Assembly: GCA_964106645.2 (NCBI GenBank)
Contig: OZ067042.1
Reading direction: 5' to 3' (one strand)
Origin: Podarcis pityusensis
Lineage: Eukaryota
Length of the DNA stretch: 64,000 bases
The notes under the pieces are model-generated. The model worked only from the letters and a program-made list of their open reading frames with translations, made no database searches and had not been told where the DNA came from. Shown piece by piece: positions 12,677-25,329 of the stretch. Positions within the stretch are counted from its first letter, which is position 1; the number at the start of each line of letters is the position of its first letter. The translations under genes and the position numbers were made by a program.

Positions 12677-14591
12677 GCCTCTATTGCATCTGCAGAAAAC
12701 AGCAGCAGGAGACTTTTTCAGGTGGTCCGCAATTTAGCGGAACCACCTGCTACATCGGGGCCCAGTACGGGCCACATGATCTCCTGCAATGATTTTGCAA
12801 AGTTTTTTGCAGATAAAGTCGCTCAGATTCGGGAAGAGGTAGACGCCACCGTGGGAGCAGGGCCGGGGCGGGAGAGTGCTAGAGTCCTGTCTAGTCAAAT
12901 TGCGTGGAATCAATTCCAATCTGTTACCTCCGAGGATGTGGACAGGCTGCTTGGACGAGTGAAACCAACCACCTGTCTCCTTGATCCTTGCCCATCCTGG
13001 CTTATAAAAGCTAGCCGGGAAGGGCTGGACGATGGGCTTCGTGGGGTGGTGAATGCTTCCCTCCGTGAGGGAGCCTTCCCAGACCCGCTGAAAGAGGCGG
13101 TTATTAAACCGCTTCTTAAAAAACCATCTTTAGATGCGGCCACGATGGCCAACTATCGCCCAGTCTCAAATCTTCCATTCTTGGGCAAGGTGATTGAGCG
13201 AGTGGTTGCTGAACAACTCCAGGCACGCCTGGAAGAAGCGGACCATTTGGATCCCTTCCAATCGGGATTCAGGCCTCATCATGGGACTGAAACTGCCTTG
13301 GTCGCACTGGTTGATGATCTCCGGCGGGCTAGGGACAAAGGTGAGAGCTGTTTCCTAGTTCTGCTGGATCTCTCAGCGGCGTTTGATACCATCGACCATA
13401 ACATCCTTCTGGACCGTCTTGAGGGGCTGGGAGCTGGGGGCACTGTCATACAGTGGTTCCGCTCCTTCCTCCTGGGCCGTGTTCAGAAAGTGGTGGTGGG
13501 GGATGAGTGTTCAGACCCCTGGGCTCTCACTTGTGGGGTGCCTCAGGGTTCTGTCCTCTCCCCCATGCTTTTCAACATCTACATGCAGCCGCTGGGAGAG
13601 ATCATCAGGGGGTTTGGGCTGGGTGTTCATCAGTATGCAGATGATACCCAGCTCTACCTTTCTTTCAAATCAGAACCAGTGAAGGCGGTGACAGTCCTGT
13701 GTGAGTGTCTGGAGGCGGTTGGAGGATGGATGGCGGCAAACAGATTGAGATTGAATCCTGACAAGACAGAAGTACTGTTTCTGGGGGACAGGAGGCGGGC
13801 AGGTGTGGGGGATTCCCTGGTCCTGAATGGGGTAACCGTGCCCCTGAAGGACCAGGTGCGCAGCCTGGGAGTCATTTTGGACTCACAGCTGTCCATGGAG
13901 GCACAGGTTAAATCCGTGTCCAGGGCAGCTGTGTACCAGCTCCATCTGGTACGTAGGCTGAGACCCTATCTGCCCGCGGACTGCCTCGCCAGAGTGGTGC
14001 ATGCTCTGGTTATCTCCCGCTTGGACTACTGCAATGCGCTCTACGTGGGGCTACCTTTGAAGGTGACCCGGAAACTACAACTAATCCAGAATGCAGCAGC
14101 CAGACTGGTGACTGGGAGCGGCCGCCGAGACCATATAACACCGGTCTTGAAAGACCTACATTGGCTCCCAGTACGTTTCCGAGCACAATTCAAAGTGTTG
14201 GTGCTGACCTTTAAAGCCCTAAACGGCCTCGGTCCAGTATACCTGAAGGAGCGTCTCCACCTCCATCGTTCTACCCGGACACTGAGGTCCAGCACCGAGG
14301 GCCTTCTGGCGGTTCCCTCACTGCGAGAAGCCAAGTTACAGGGAACCAGGCAGAGGGCCTTCTCGGTAGTGGCGCCCTCCCTGTGGAACGCCCTCCCACC
14401 AGATGTCAAAGAGAACAACAACTACCAGGCTTTTAGAAGACATCTGAAGGCAGCCCTGTTTAGGGAAGCTTTTAATGTTTGATGTAACATAGTATTTTAA
14501 TATTCTTTTGGAAGCCGCCCAGAGTGGCTGGGGAAACCCAGCCAGATGGGCGGGGTATAAATAATAAATTATTATTATTATTATTATTATT
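12677..14591 (+). mobile_element. 5'-truncated L2-type (CR1/L2 group) LINE with uninterrupted RT ORF (12668-14482) and (ATT)n tail
   Basis: LLDLSAAFDTIDH, GVPQGSVL, YADD, SRLDYCN and LHWLPV motifs; no endonuclease domain; ATATCC at both ends (12671-12676 / 14592-14597). Confidence 0.92.
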
Positions 14592-15725
14592 ATATCCAAG
14601 CATAATGTCTGGTGGAAGGGCCCCACACCGTGAGGGGTGGCCTTGCTGTCTTGCATTGGTTCTGTCTCTTTGAATGCTCTGCTCACTTAGATGCTGTTGG
14701 ACTTGTTAGATCAGAACTGTGTTAATGGCCCTCAGGTGCTGTAGCATTGCCAAGGAGAAGTAGGGCCCTTATGCCTTTCCTATGTGCTGCTGGAGTGTTT
14801 CTGTTCCTCCAGTGGCAGTTCAATGTCCCCCACCCCCCACCCCCAGGAGAGAGAGCTTGGCCAGAGCTGGACAGAATAACATGCAGTTGCAGCCAAAGGA
14901 CAAACGCAACTTGCATATGTAGCTCACAGATGTCTGAAATGTAACTCTACCTACTTTGGTACAGTGACATCATCCTTTTATGCAGCTAGGCAATGCTGCC
15001 AGCTTAAACATAAAAGGAGTTAACAAAAAGTAAGAGGACTTCATAATTTAAAAAAGCAGTCTGGTAGTATGAGGAGAAAAAATAATATTTTGCAATGCAA
15101 AGTTCTGCCTGACGCTGCTGTAAAGCTTCTGTCACTGAAACGCAGCCAGACCATGATCCTGTGCCTGCTGTTTTTCACATAACCTGTCTTTAAACATAAT
15201 GTGACATGCTCATTTCAAATCCTTTTCTTGTTCAGTCCTCCACTCCTGTTCTTGGGAAAGCCCCATTGAAGAGGTATTGTTTTCCTTTGTGATGCCTAGA
15301 ATGTCCCATTTCCTGGAGAAATGCTTCCTGGCTCCTTCTCTACCATCAGGGCTGGTTAGGGATTCCACAAACATTGCCAGCACTTCTAGTTGCTGTCCTA
15401 GAAAGTATAGGTCTTCTCTCCCTAGGCTGAGTTGGCCCCATGGATGAGGCTTCCTTCTCTTACCTCTGTTGCACTAGCTGTCTGGGAAGTCTATATAGAA
15501 GAAAGCAAAAAAGGAAAGCACACCTTGTGTCCTTCAGATGTTTTGGTTTCCAACTCTCATGGTCTGTAACCAGTGGCCATGCTGACTGGGGCTGATGGGA
15601 GTTACAGTGCAAAACATCTGGCAAGCACCAGGCTGATGATGGAGGAAACCAAGGTGTGGCAGCAGCAAAAAAATATAGGGTTGTGGAGAAGATGACAAGC
15701 AGAACATAAAATGAAGAATATTGTA

Positions 15726-15950
15726 CAGTGGTACCTCAGTTTTCTAAAGTCTCCGTTGACAAACATTTCAGAACTCGAACACCAAAAACCCAGAAGTAAA
15801 TGTTTCCGTTTTCGAATGCGTCTTGGAAGTCGAATGGGCATTGTATTTTTCTCAATTTTCTCTGTAAATTTGCAGACTGCCCTTTGTGCCTCGGTTTTCA
15901 AATGTTTCAGAAGTCGAATGGTCTTCTGGAACAGATTACGTTTGAAAGTT
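15726..15950. mobile_element. Related Tc1/mariner MITE, right end truncated
   Basis: TA then CAGTGGTACCTC left TIR; different internal sequence; no right TIR. Confidence 0.6.
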
Positions 15951-17404
15951 TAGTAGAGAGGAAACCTGTTTGAGTGCATATTCATGACTGCAAAAAACGA
16001 AAAGAACAAGGCATTCTTTTTCTTCCCCTCATGTGGTTTAAAACTGCCAAATGACAAGGACCTCTACAGCTTATGCGTTTGTGGTAGTCGCTCTCTGGAG
16101 AGAGACTGGAGGAGAAAGGGAGCTGGGGAGTCAAGGAGGGGAAGGATAGAGGCAGCCAAGATCTTGGACTGCTGAATTACCAGATGCAGGGGAATACACT
16201 TTGGCAAGCTTGTGGTCGGGGAGAGGAAAATGAAAGGAGGCATAAGTCTTCTTTATTCCCTGGTAATGGATCCGTGTGTCCAGAAAATATTTGAAGTGCT
16301 GTATAGGGAGAACTAGAGACAACCTGGAACGAAACTTATTTTTGGGGGGAGGGGGACCCTGTAATAAGAGAGTGCAGATGCGAACATGTAACACCAAGCT
16401 GTAAAACAGTGTTATTGAAATCCAAAAGAGCAATTCTGTTCTCTTAAGCTTTCCAAAGGCCATTAAAATAGGTGCAGCTGAACATGTAATCCAGCAGCAC
16501 TGGATGTAATGACTGAGCTAAGTAACTTTCAGAGAGGCAAGTAGTCTGTGTTTTATTGACTAGTGAGTTTTATTAACTGTGTTTGCAAAGAAGGTAGACA
16601 TTGGCTGAAAAGGGCATGTTGATGGCAGAATAGAGATTTGCCTGAGTGGAATCAAGTCAATAATTGCTCCAGTTCCTAGACAAAGGCCTCCTTGAGTTAA
16701 TGAATTTGCAGTGCAATGATTCCAACAGGGGCTCATTCATTGTTAGCCCTTTTCATGGTTTTATACAGAAAGCAAGGGTTTCTTTTTGCTAACCGTGTGT
16801 GTTGTGACAGAGCCCTGTGTCTTAAGACCTGCGGTAGCGTCTATAATAACCTTGTTCTACTGAAAGTTGGCATGCCAAAGCCTATATCGGTTTTCTTCCA
16901 GGGAACATGCGTTGGCAAAGGAAGAACACAACAAGTGATTGTTATAAACCACCTTAATGAAAGCAGCCCATTTTGCACTCTGCTGCCCTTTTGTATTGGT
17001 ATCAGTCCTTGTCAAAGGACCATAGTAATGCTTTGTATATACTGAATGCTGCACTGCTAAAACATTGCTTCTCAAATATATGTCTCCAGTTAGTTGTAAA
17101 ATCTCAGCAGCAGCAGCAAAAATATCATAGTTTGTGATATCATGCGGTACAACATTCAGCAGAAAACTATTTCTGCAGAGGAATCAGCAGCGAGCCTCAG
17201 TCTCTGAAAAACTGTTTGTGAACTGGTATTGCCAGCTGTGAATATTATCACTGATGTTTGGAACTGGTGTGTAAAAGTACAACCATGATAGAGCAGACAT
17301 ATTTGGGAATTTGTAATCACTCACAAGGCTGTGGTATTTTATGCAGGCACTTAAAGAGCAAGCAATCGGATACAAAAAACAAAACAAAAACCCAAACACT
17401 AGCC

Positions 17405-17540
17405 CAGGCTTCCTCAACCTCGGCCCTCCAGATATTTTGGGACTACAGTTCCCATCATCCCTGACCACTGGGTCTGCTAGCTAGGGATCATGGGAGTTGT
17501 AGGCCAAAAACATCTGGAGGGCCGAGGTTGAGGAAGCCTG
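17405..17540. mobile_element. 136-bp palindromic hAT MITE
   Basis: Long TIRs starting CAGGC; 8-bp TSD CACTAGCC / CACTTGCC. Confidence 0.85.
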
Positions 17541-19467
17541 CACTTGCCCCTTTCAGGCACCCCATTTGTGTACAAAACTGACATGAGAGCAGGAACGAAA
17601 CGAGCTAAGAGAAAGGCACGTTTGGCAAACCTTCACCATGATCAACTCCCGTCCTGAAATCTATGTCCCCACTGTGGAAGGAGGTGTGGATCCAGAATCA
17701 GCCTCCACAGTCACTTGTGGACTCACTGTTAAAACCGTGTTTATGGAAGACAATCTAACTTGGCTACATGTGATCGCCAAAGAAGAAGAAAATAGGTGAA
17801 AGTGAGAAGTTCAGGGAAAGATCAAAGAAGATTATTTAACAACAACCATTACTGTGGGGGTATTCACTCTCATTAAGTGGAGATCCTCTTCCTACAAAGG
17901 TGAAGAGTGAAATTCATTTCTCTTCAGTGATAAATAAGTATTATTAAAATCAACCTAGCAGCTATAGCTTTAAGACAGGGGTGGGGAACCTGAAGTCCTG
18001 AGGCTTTGCATAATTTCAATAGCTCTCTGCAAGTGATTAGTTTCAACCTCTGACCAGAATAATTTGTCCTTTCCTTGACAGGCAAGGTGGAAGAGTGGGA
18101 GGGAGTGAGACAAGGAAGGGAGAGAAGTGGCTGTTAGAAAGAAAATGGAGGGAAGTGGCAGGGGGCAGAGAAGGAGAAAGAGTGGACCAGCCCACTTCCG
18201 ACTCTGGCCTCACCCGCTACTGGCTTTGGCCTTTTCTGTTGAGGGCCACATTGCCTTAGCACAAAGGAGATGCTGCCCTCAACAGAAAATAATGCTTTCC
18301 CACTCCTGCATTTAAGACAAATATGTAAAAACAAAACAATATCGTTAAATGGATGGAAAAGTTTGGGGCTAAGCTTAATCACATTAATGACCGTTATGCT
18401 GACTCCTAAGGTTAAAATGACTGTGAAAGAACATTCTGCTAGAATGATTTTGCTTATCTGTTCTTAAAAGTTCCTTCATAAAATTTGGAAAGAGGCACAC
18501 AGGGATGGCTCTCCTAAATTTGTTGCAGATGCCTATTGCTGTCTTCTAGATTTACCAGGCATTCTTACAAGAAAACGAATGTTTTAAAATAATAATAATA
18601 AAAAAACCTTACTGTTTCTGAGACAAGACCACAAATGTTTCTTAGGACTTCTACTATGTCAAGTACAGGTGTGGAGAACGCAGATAATTTGGCCTATTTT
18701 TCTTTTTCCACTTCACCATATCTTTTGAATACAAACCAGTTTCTAGAGTACAAACCTCACTTAATTTAAAACAAACTTGGAAGAAGAAAAATGGCTTCTA
18801 ATTGGTTCTTTCTGGCTGTCCCTGTGGTTGCCCTAAACCTCATCTAAAGGACTGAGGTAATAGTTGGCTGTTACTTTTTAGGGCATAGACAAACAGCTGG
18901 TGTTCTCCACATGTTGTTGTGCTACAACTTCCAAGGACCCTGTCTATTGGTGAAGCTGGCAAGGATTGAGAGAGAGAGAGCACCACATTGGCTATTCCTG
19001 GTGTAGTGTATAGGTAGTAGTAATAATAATAATTTTATTATTTATATCCCAATATGTTGCTTCTTGTGGAGGCTCATCTGTGCTCACTGCAGGAAACTAG
19101 ATTTGCATACTTCAGTGTGCCCTATGTAAGTCGAAGCAAACTGGTTTTGTTGTGTGGTGGTGAAAGGAAGAACTGAAAAAAGGGCATCTAGTGAGGGTAT
19201 TCTGGGAAGTGATACATGACAAGAAAATTAGTTTTCTGGAAGTACATTTTATGTTGTGTGAAAAGCTCAAATATAATGCACAAAATAACATGTCAAGAAA
19301 ATGGAATAAACTGCAGTATGAATGCAGCCCAAGTGAATGGTATGGTGACAATTAGCCAGATTTTCGGAGTAAATGAATTGTATGCATCTCTTTGAGGTTG
19401 CATGCATCATCTTTTCTAAATAATAAAATATGCACATGAAATAACTTTTTGAAAATGAGATTTATTC

Positions 19468-19471
<4 letters not shown>

Positions 19472-19551
<80 letters not shown>
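19472..19551. repeat. (CT)n(GT)n compound microsatellite about 90 bp upstream of exon 4
   Basis: Direct read. Confidence 0.95.
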
Positions 19552-19640
19552 TATACATACTCACTCACTCCTCTTTTGAATGTCTATGTTAAGCCTAGAA
19601 ATGCCCTTAATGCTCATCTTTTTATCCCTCCAAACTTCAG

Positions 19641-19804
19641 CTATGATGTTATATTTGCTGGGGGACCTGAAGAGTTGTTAAAGAAGTTCCAACAAGCTAA
19701 TCACAAGGTAGTGTTTGCAGCAGATGGATTGATATGGCCTGATAAACGACTAGCAGACAAGTACCCTGTTGTTCGCAGTGGAAAACGGTACCTTAATGCA
19801 GGAG
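19641..19804 (+). CDS. PLOD2: PLOD2 exon 4 (164 nt; [16 protein letters not shown]...[11 protein letters not shown]...YLNAG)
   Basis: CAG acceptor, GTAGGT donor; overlaps ORF 19513..19812. Confidence 0.95.
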
Positions 19805-19949
19805 GTAGGTAGTTTCATAAAAACTGTTTGATTTATTTCACAATATTTATTTAATGCTTGATCATAATGAAACTTCAAAAACAGTTGACAAAACATATTC
19901 TTTAGTGCTGATGGTGTTCCTTCTGCTTCTGGAGAGTCTGTGGCAGGTG

Positions 19950-20095
19950 GCCAGCCCAGAGTTCAGTTGGTAGAGCATGAGACTCCAGGTCATGAGTTTG
20001 AGTCCCACATTGGGCAAAAAGATTCCTGCATTGCAGGAAGTTGGACTAGATTATCCCCGTGGTCCCTTCCAGCTCTACAGTTCTGTGATTCTATA
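19950..20095 (+). mobile_element. tRNA(Lys)-derived SINE with CR1-type 3' tail
   Basis: CAGTTGGTAGAGCATGAGACTC head; GGTCCCTTCCAGCTCT...ATTCTA tail. Confidence 0.7.
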
Positions 20096-20333
20096 TTCCA
20101 GATATCCACCCACTGAAAACTAGATGTTTTCTATTTATCCAGGGCAGGACTTATCTAGCAGCTAATGAACTCTGACATACTCTCACACTTTGATGCCATT
20201 CTTAAAGCTCTCCACATCATGTTGGACTAAAACTCACATCACTCCTGACTCCATGGGACATGCTGGCTGGAGATTATGGGAGTTGGAGCCTAACATTACC
20301 TGGAAGACCACAGATTCCACACCACTTCTTCTT

Positions 20334-21130
20334 CTTCTTTTTAATTTATTTATATTTTCAAATTTATATATTTCATTAATTTTACAATCATTTTAACATT
20401 TCAAAGTTTGACTTCCTTCCCTCTCTTTCTGCAGTTCCTTCAATTTATTTTTTAATATCTTCTGCATATCCAACTTCATTTAATTTGCTCATTTGATTAT
20501 CTACTTTAAATAGATACTCTTATGAAACTACAGGTTATTACAATAATCCTGCCAATGTTTTTATCTGTTTGCAATTTATCTATAAATATTCAATAAACCA
20601 TTTCCATTCTTTTATTAAAAGTTTGTTATCTTGATTTCTTATTCTTCCGGTAATTTTTGCCATTTCTGCATATTCCATACATTTTTGTATCCATTCTTCC
20701 CTTTGGGACTTCTGCTTCTTTCCATTTTGGGGCAAGTAGCATTCTTGCCGCTGTAGTAGCATACATATAGTATGGTAGCATACATATATTTAGGTAGTTC
20801 TGTCTCTATAGTTCCCAAAAGGAAAGGTTCTGTTTTTTTCAAAGGTTATTTTGAACATCCTTTTCAATTCATTATATATCATTTCCCAGTATGCTTTAAT
20901 CTTACTACAAGACCATCACATATGATAAAAAGAACCTTCTTTCTCTTCACATTTCCAACACTTGTTTGATTTAGATTTATACATTTTTGTTAGGTTACTC
21001 AGTGTTAGATACCAATGTTATATCATTTTTATATCATTTACGTGCTGTAAATTTTATATCCATATTCCACAATTGTTCCCATGCTTCCATGTCTATATTA
21101 TAACTGATATCTATTGCCCAGTGTATCACT
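20334..21130 (-). mobile_element. Degenerate L1-like LINE 3' fragment
   Basis: Minus-strand peptides EPFLLG / EEWIQK / KEWKWF resemble an L1 ORF2 C-terminus; A-rich tail; similar pieces near 10220-10580 and 34640-35070. Confidence 0.6.
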
Positions 21131-21318
21131 GAGGATTTTACTTGCACAGAGATTCAGGGAAATTGTACTAAGACAGGTATCTGGTCATAAATGGATGGGA
21201 AAACTTTATCTAGTTTCATCTACTGGGACTTCCTGAAGTTAGATGTTCGGTGCAAGCAGCTCATTTTCAAGTGGAAACAGTGATGTCTTTAGTTAGTTCA
21301 ATCTATGGTCTCTTTCAG

Positions 21319-21431
21319 GATTTATTGGATATTCTCCAGCTGTAAACAGTATTGTGCAACAATGGAACCTCCAAGATAACGATGACGATCAGCTTTTTTA
21401 TACAAAAATCTATATCGACCAATTAAAGAGG
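21319..21431 (+). CDS. PLOD2: PLOD2 exon 5 (113 nt; FIGYSP...[16 protein letters not shown])
   Basis: CAG acceptor, GTATGT donor, poly-Asp motif of the LH family. Confidence 0.95.
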
Positions 21432-22480
21432 GTATGTTGAACCACTTTATGAATCATTTTTATGACTCCTAGAGTACATCAGCTTTGCACACAATTGTGA
21501 AAAATGAGTGATGAACCAAGCTAAAATTCTGGCTATGTTTAGGTCACTTGAAAGAATGATTCTATCTTCTATAAATATCCTATATTAGCTCAAATGGCAT
21601 CTACAAACAAGAGGGTTTGGATGCAGGGTTTTGGAAAATTTTGGAACCCCAAAATTTCAAGATTTTTCATTGGGATGGAATTCTTTTTTCCAATGATGAC
21701 TGTGCATGTTCAGTGGCCAGGTGGAATGCTGGCAGATTATGTGGCGGGGTTGCATATGGGAGTATTCTAGAAAAGGACCTGGTCAATAGGAACCTGGACA
21801 AGAACACCCCTCACTGTAACATTTTGTTGTAGGTTTGATGTGTTTAGTTTCATGCTGTCATCCGCCTAAATTAGAGGTAGGCTGCCTAAGGACTTTTGGA
21901 CATCCAGGAAATAAACTCCTGCACAATTCCAGTATTACATGGGTGTTGTATTGATTTTAGTGGAGATTTTAGCAGATCTTTGGGTGAGAATTCTATTGCA
22001 GTGGTCCCTTTGAAGAACATGGTTTGCTGCTCGTTCTCTTTTTTTTCAAAGCAAGGCACAAACAAGAAATTCAATATGTATAGCAGCAACATCTGAAGTC
22101 ACCCAAATTGTTCTGTATATATCCTGGTATATTTCCAAATTTTCTTTATTTCAAGCTGTTAATGTATTAGTGTCAATTGGCAGCTCTTCTCCTATACCGC
22201 TGACTCATCATTCTTTGAGAAGTCATGAACTTAATTTGCTTGGCTTACAAAACAGAAAGCAAGCCTTTGTTTGTAGGATGATAGAAACCGTTGGCTAAAT
22301 GAATTGTATGTTCTTGACGAGGGACAGATCTGTATGACACGCTGAACTATGAAGATATATGAGGGATTGGGAAACATCTGGTATAAGAATTAAGGATATT
22401 AAAATGAATTGTCAGCGAAAACATCCAGTCATGTTTGCAGATAGTTTACATTTGTCAAGATGGTTAGAATTCTGTTTGTA

Positions 22481-22706
22481 GAGTGGTACCTCGGGTTACA
22501 TACGCTTCAGGTTACAGACTCCGTTAACCCAGAAATATTGCTTCAGGTTAAGAACTTTGCTTCAGGATGAGAACAGAAATTGTGCTCCGGCGGCATGGCA
22601 GCAGCAGGAAGCCCCATTAGCTAAAGTGGTGCTTCAGGTTAAGAACAGTTTCAGGTTAAGTACGGACCTCCAGAACGAATTAAGTACTTAACCCGAGGTA
22701 CCACTG
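22481..22706. mobile_element. Tc1/mariner MITE, family A, 62 bp upstream of exon 6
   Basis: Same TIRs and body, TA TSD. Confidence 0.85.
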
Positions 22707-22768
22707 TACTGCCCTTGATTTGATTTTATAATGCCTCATTTAGCATATTTTATATACTTACATTTTAG

Positions 22769-22832
22769 GAACGCATTAATATCACGTTGGATCACAAGTG
22801 CAACATTTTCCAGACTCTCAATGGAGCAGTTG
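22769..22832 (+). CDS. PLOD2: PLOD2 exon 6 (64 nt; ERINITLDHKCNIFQTLNGAV)
   Basis: TAG acceptor, GTATGT donor, frame continuity. Confidence 0.95.
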
Positions 22833-23576
22833 GTATGTATTCTGAAGTGTCTATTGAGTGATGAAGGATATGTCTCTCAGATTTCTTCCTTGCCATTTCT
22901 GCATTACCTATTATATAATACAATACATCCAAGGGGCTTTCTGTACATTTATACTTCATATGGAATTAACATCAAGTGGAGATTGGTTACAGGCCCCCTG
23001 GCTTATGTAGTCTTTCATTGGCTTCCCAGTGGGAGAACTGACTGACCAACTGGAAGATCATGTAGTTATTTGAACATTGGATCACTCCTCATCCCAGAAA
23101 AATAAAACCTAGAAAGATATTCCAGCTTTTTTCTCCCCACAATAGAAGTAGGCAAAGGAGAGGGAGAGAGGTGGCAGAAGAAAGTCTGCCTCCACTGTTT
23201 CCAGAACAGCCCTGAGGGGAAAAGATTGTATCTGGACAGGCCCTGACTTACAACAAGTGTTGGGAAATAGTCACCCAGTTCCTCTGAGGAAGCAGGAGGC
23301 CCCATTGTCATAAATATGATCTTGGGATAGGAATAATAATGATATTTAAAACAAACAAACAAAATATTGTGGTTCTTATTTGGCAACTGGAAATGTTCCT
23401 AGTGAACGTAGAAATTAACAGCCTGTGGATCGTAGACTGAAATGACAGGAAATATGGAGATCTTTTTTTTAAAAAAAATAAAAATGGATGCTCAGGGAAA
23501 TGCAAAGAATGCTGTGAGAGTCTTGTTTGAGTAAACTACAGATGATGTATCTTTAACTTCCTGTGGTGGGCTGCAG

Positions 23577-23674
23577 ATGAAGTGCTCCTGAAATTTGAAG
23601 ATGGAAGAGCCAGAGCGAGAAATTCACTGTATGACACTTTGCCAGTCACTCTCCATGGAAACGGCCCAACCAAA
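23577..23674 (+). CDS. PLOD2: PLOD2 exon 7 (98 nt; EVLLKFE...[15 protein letters not shown])
   Basis: CAG acceptor, GTGAGT donor, HGNGPTK motif. Confidence 0.95.
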
Positions 23675-23942
23675 GTGAGTGACGGTGACTTCGTTTCAGC
23701 TAAGTTTTTTATTTATTTAATGATACTGGGATACTAGCAGCCTACTGAGGATTAGTTGACAGTGGCAGTAGGGTAGAATTATCACATTCTGTTTCACCCC
23801 TGGTTTCCACTCATTTAAGTTGAGTGAGCACAACAGCAGAGCCTTGTGGAACTGGCCTTTAATTGAAAGGTACAGAAACAAGATTTTATTATACTGCTGA
23901 ATTAATTAGGGCTGTTTTCCCCCCCCTACCTCCCAATTGTAG

Positions 23943-24044
23943 CTTAATCTCAATTACTTTGGAAATTATATCCCTAATGGCTGGAACCGTGAAACTGGAT
24001 GTGGTGCCTGTGATACAGATTTATTAGACTTCTCCACACTTGAT
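23943..24044 (+). CDS. PLOD2: PLOD2 exon 8 (102 nt; [14 protein letters not shown]...CGACD)
   Basis: TAG acceptor, GTAAGT donor. Confidence 0.95.
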
Positions 24045-25203
24045 GTAAGTATCTGTTGCATGCGGCTGAATTCTTTCAATGTTGAGCTACATATTGATCG
24101 TCATGGCATTGTCTACCTCCTTGTGCACCTGAACTGTTGCTCCAGCTTCTCCCTCCTTGCCTTTATCAACCCTTTCCATCCTGCTACCACCTACCTTTCC
24201 CTCATCTTCACAGGTTTCTTCCAGGCCCTTCATGCCCATATTTAGTTTTGGTCTGAATCACTTAATGCTTCACAGTTTCCAGATGTTTATATAAAGTGTC
24301 TGGTACAGCGGTAGAAACATATTTTTTTTGTCTTTTTGGCACATGTTTGTGCAGGTTACAGTACATTCTTGGTCTTCATTGATTCAGATAATATACGAAA
24401 TGTTTTTCCTGGCACTGACAGCTAGTTATGATTCAAAGTATCATTTTTGGGGGGAAATAGCTGACAAAGCTTTTTTGCACTCACTCAAAGAGAAACAACT
24501 TCTAGCTGACATTTCATAGACATCATCAAATCTTACACTACATATGCAACCGTCAGGATTCTTACTGGCTAATTGGATTGTTAAGCTTATTGGCTATGCG
24601 TTTGCAGTCCACTGTAATTCCTGGCAGCAGTTCTTCCATCAGTGTCAGGGGTAAGATAACTCCTGAATGCCATCTGGGTCAGCTACATTGGCAGGCTACC
24701 ATAGTCTTCAGGAAAAAACCTGATCCCATAAGAACTTTAGAACTCCAGGAAACTATTTCCATTGTTCCAAATTCTCAGTGAGTTTTCCCACCCCATCCTT
24801 CACACTCTACCTCTTAGTTATTATATATTATGATTACATCATTAATACACTTATATACAGCCTGAGAAGTGTCATAGCTCAGTGGTAGAATATCTGCTTG
24901 TTTTCAGGAATATGGTTATAGGAATGCAGCATAAAACTTACTAATTTCTCAGACAGCATTTTGCTCACTTATTTCAGGAGGAATTTCATGGATTCTTATT
25001 GTATCATTTCATTTCAGCTATTAGTATCTCAAAACAGCAATTAAAAGTGTATTCAGAGTTATAACTTGTGTAAAACTGGAGGTGATTTCCCAAGATATAT
25101 AATATGGATCATTTTGGTTAAATGTAAGATTGTTCATACTGTTTTAAACTTTAAAGTAAAAGCTTTTCGTGGTTTTCTTTTATTTTTGTGCACTTTTTTT
25201 AAG

Positions 25204-25329
25204 GAGATTCCAACAGTAACAATTGGTGTTTTCATTGAACAACCAACTCCTTTCCTGCCTAAGTTTCTAGACAGATTGTTGACTCTGGACTATGCAAAGG
25301 AAAAAATTACCCTCTTCATTCACAATAAT
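25204..25329 (+). CDS. PLOD2: PLOD2 exon 9 (126 nt; [18 protein letters not shown]...FIHNN)
   Basis: T-tract then AAG acceptor, GTAAGT donor; within ORF 25066..25353. Confidence 0.93.
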
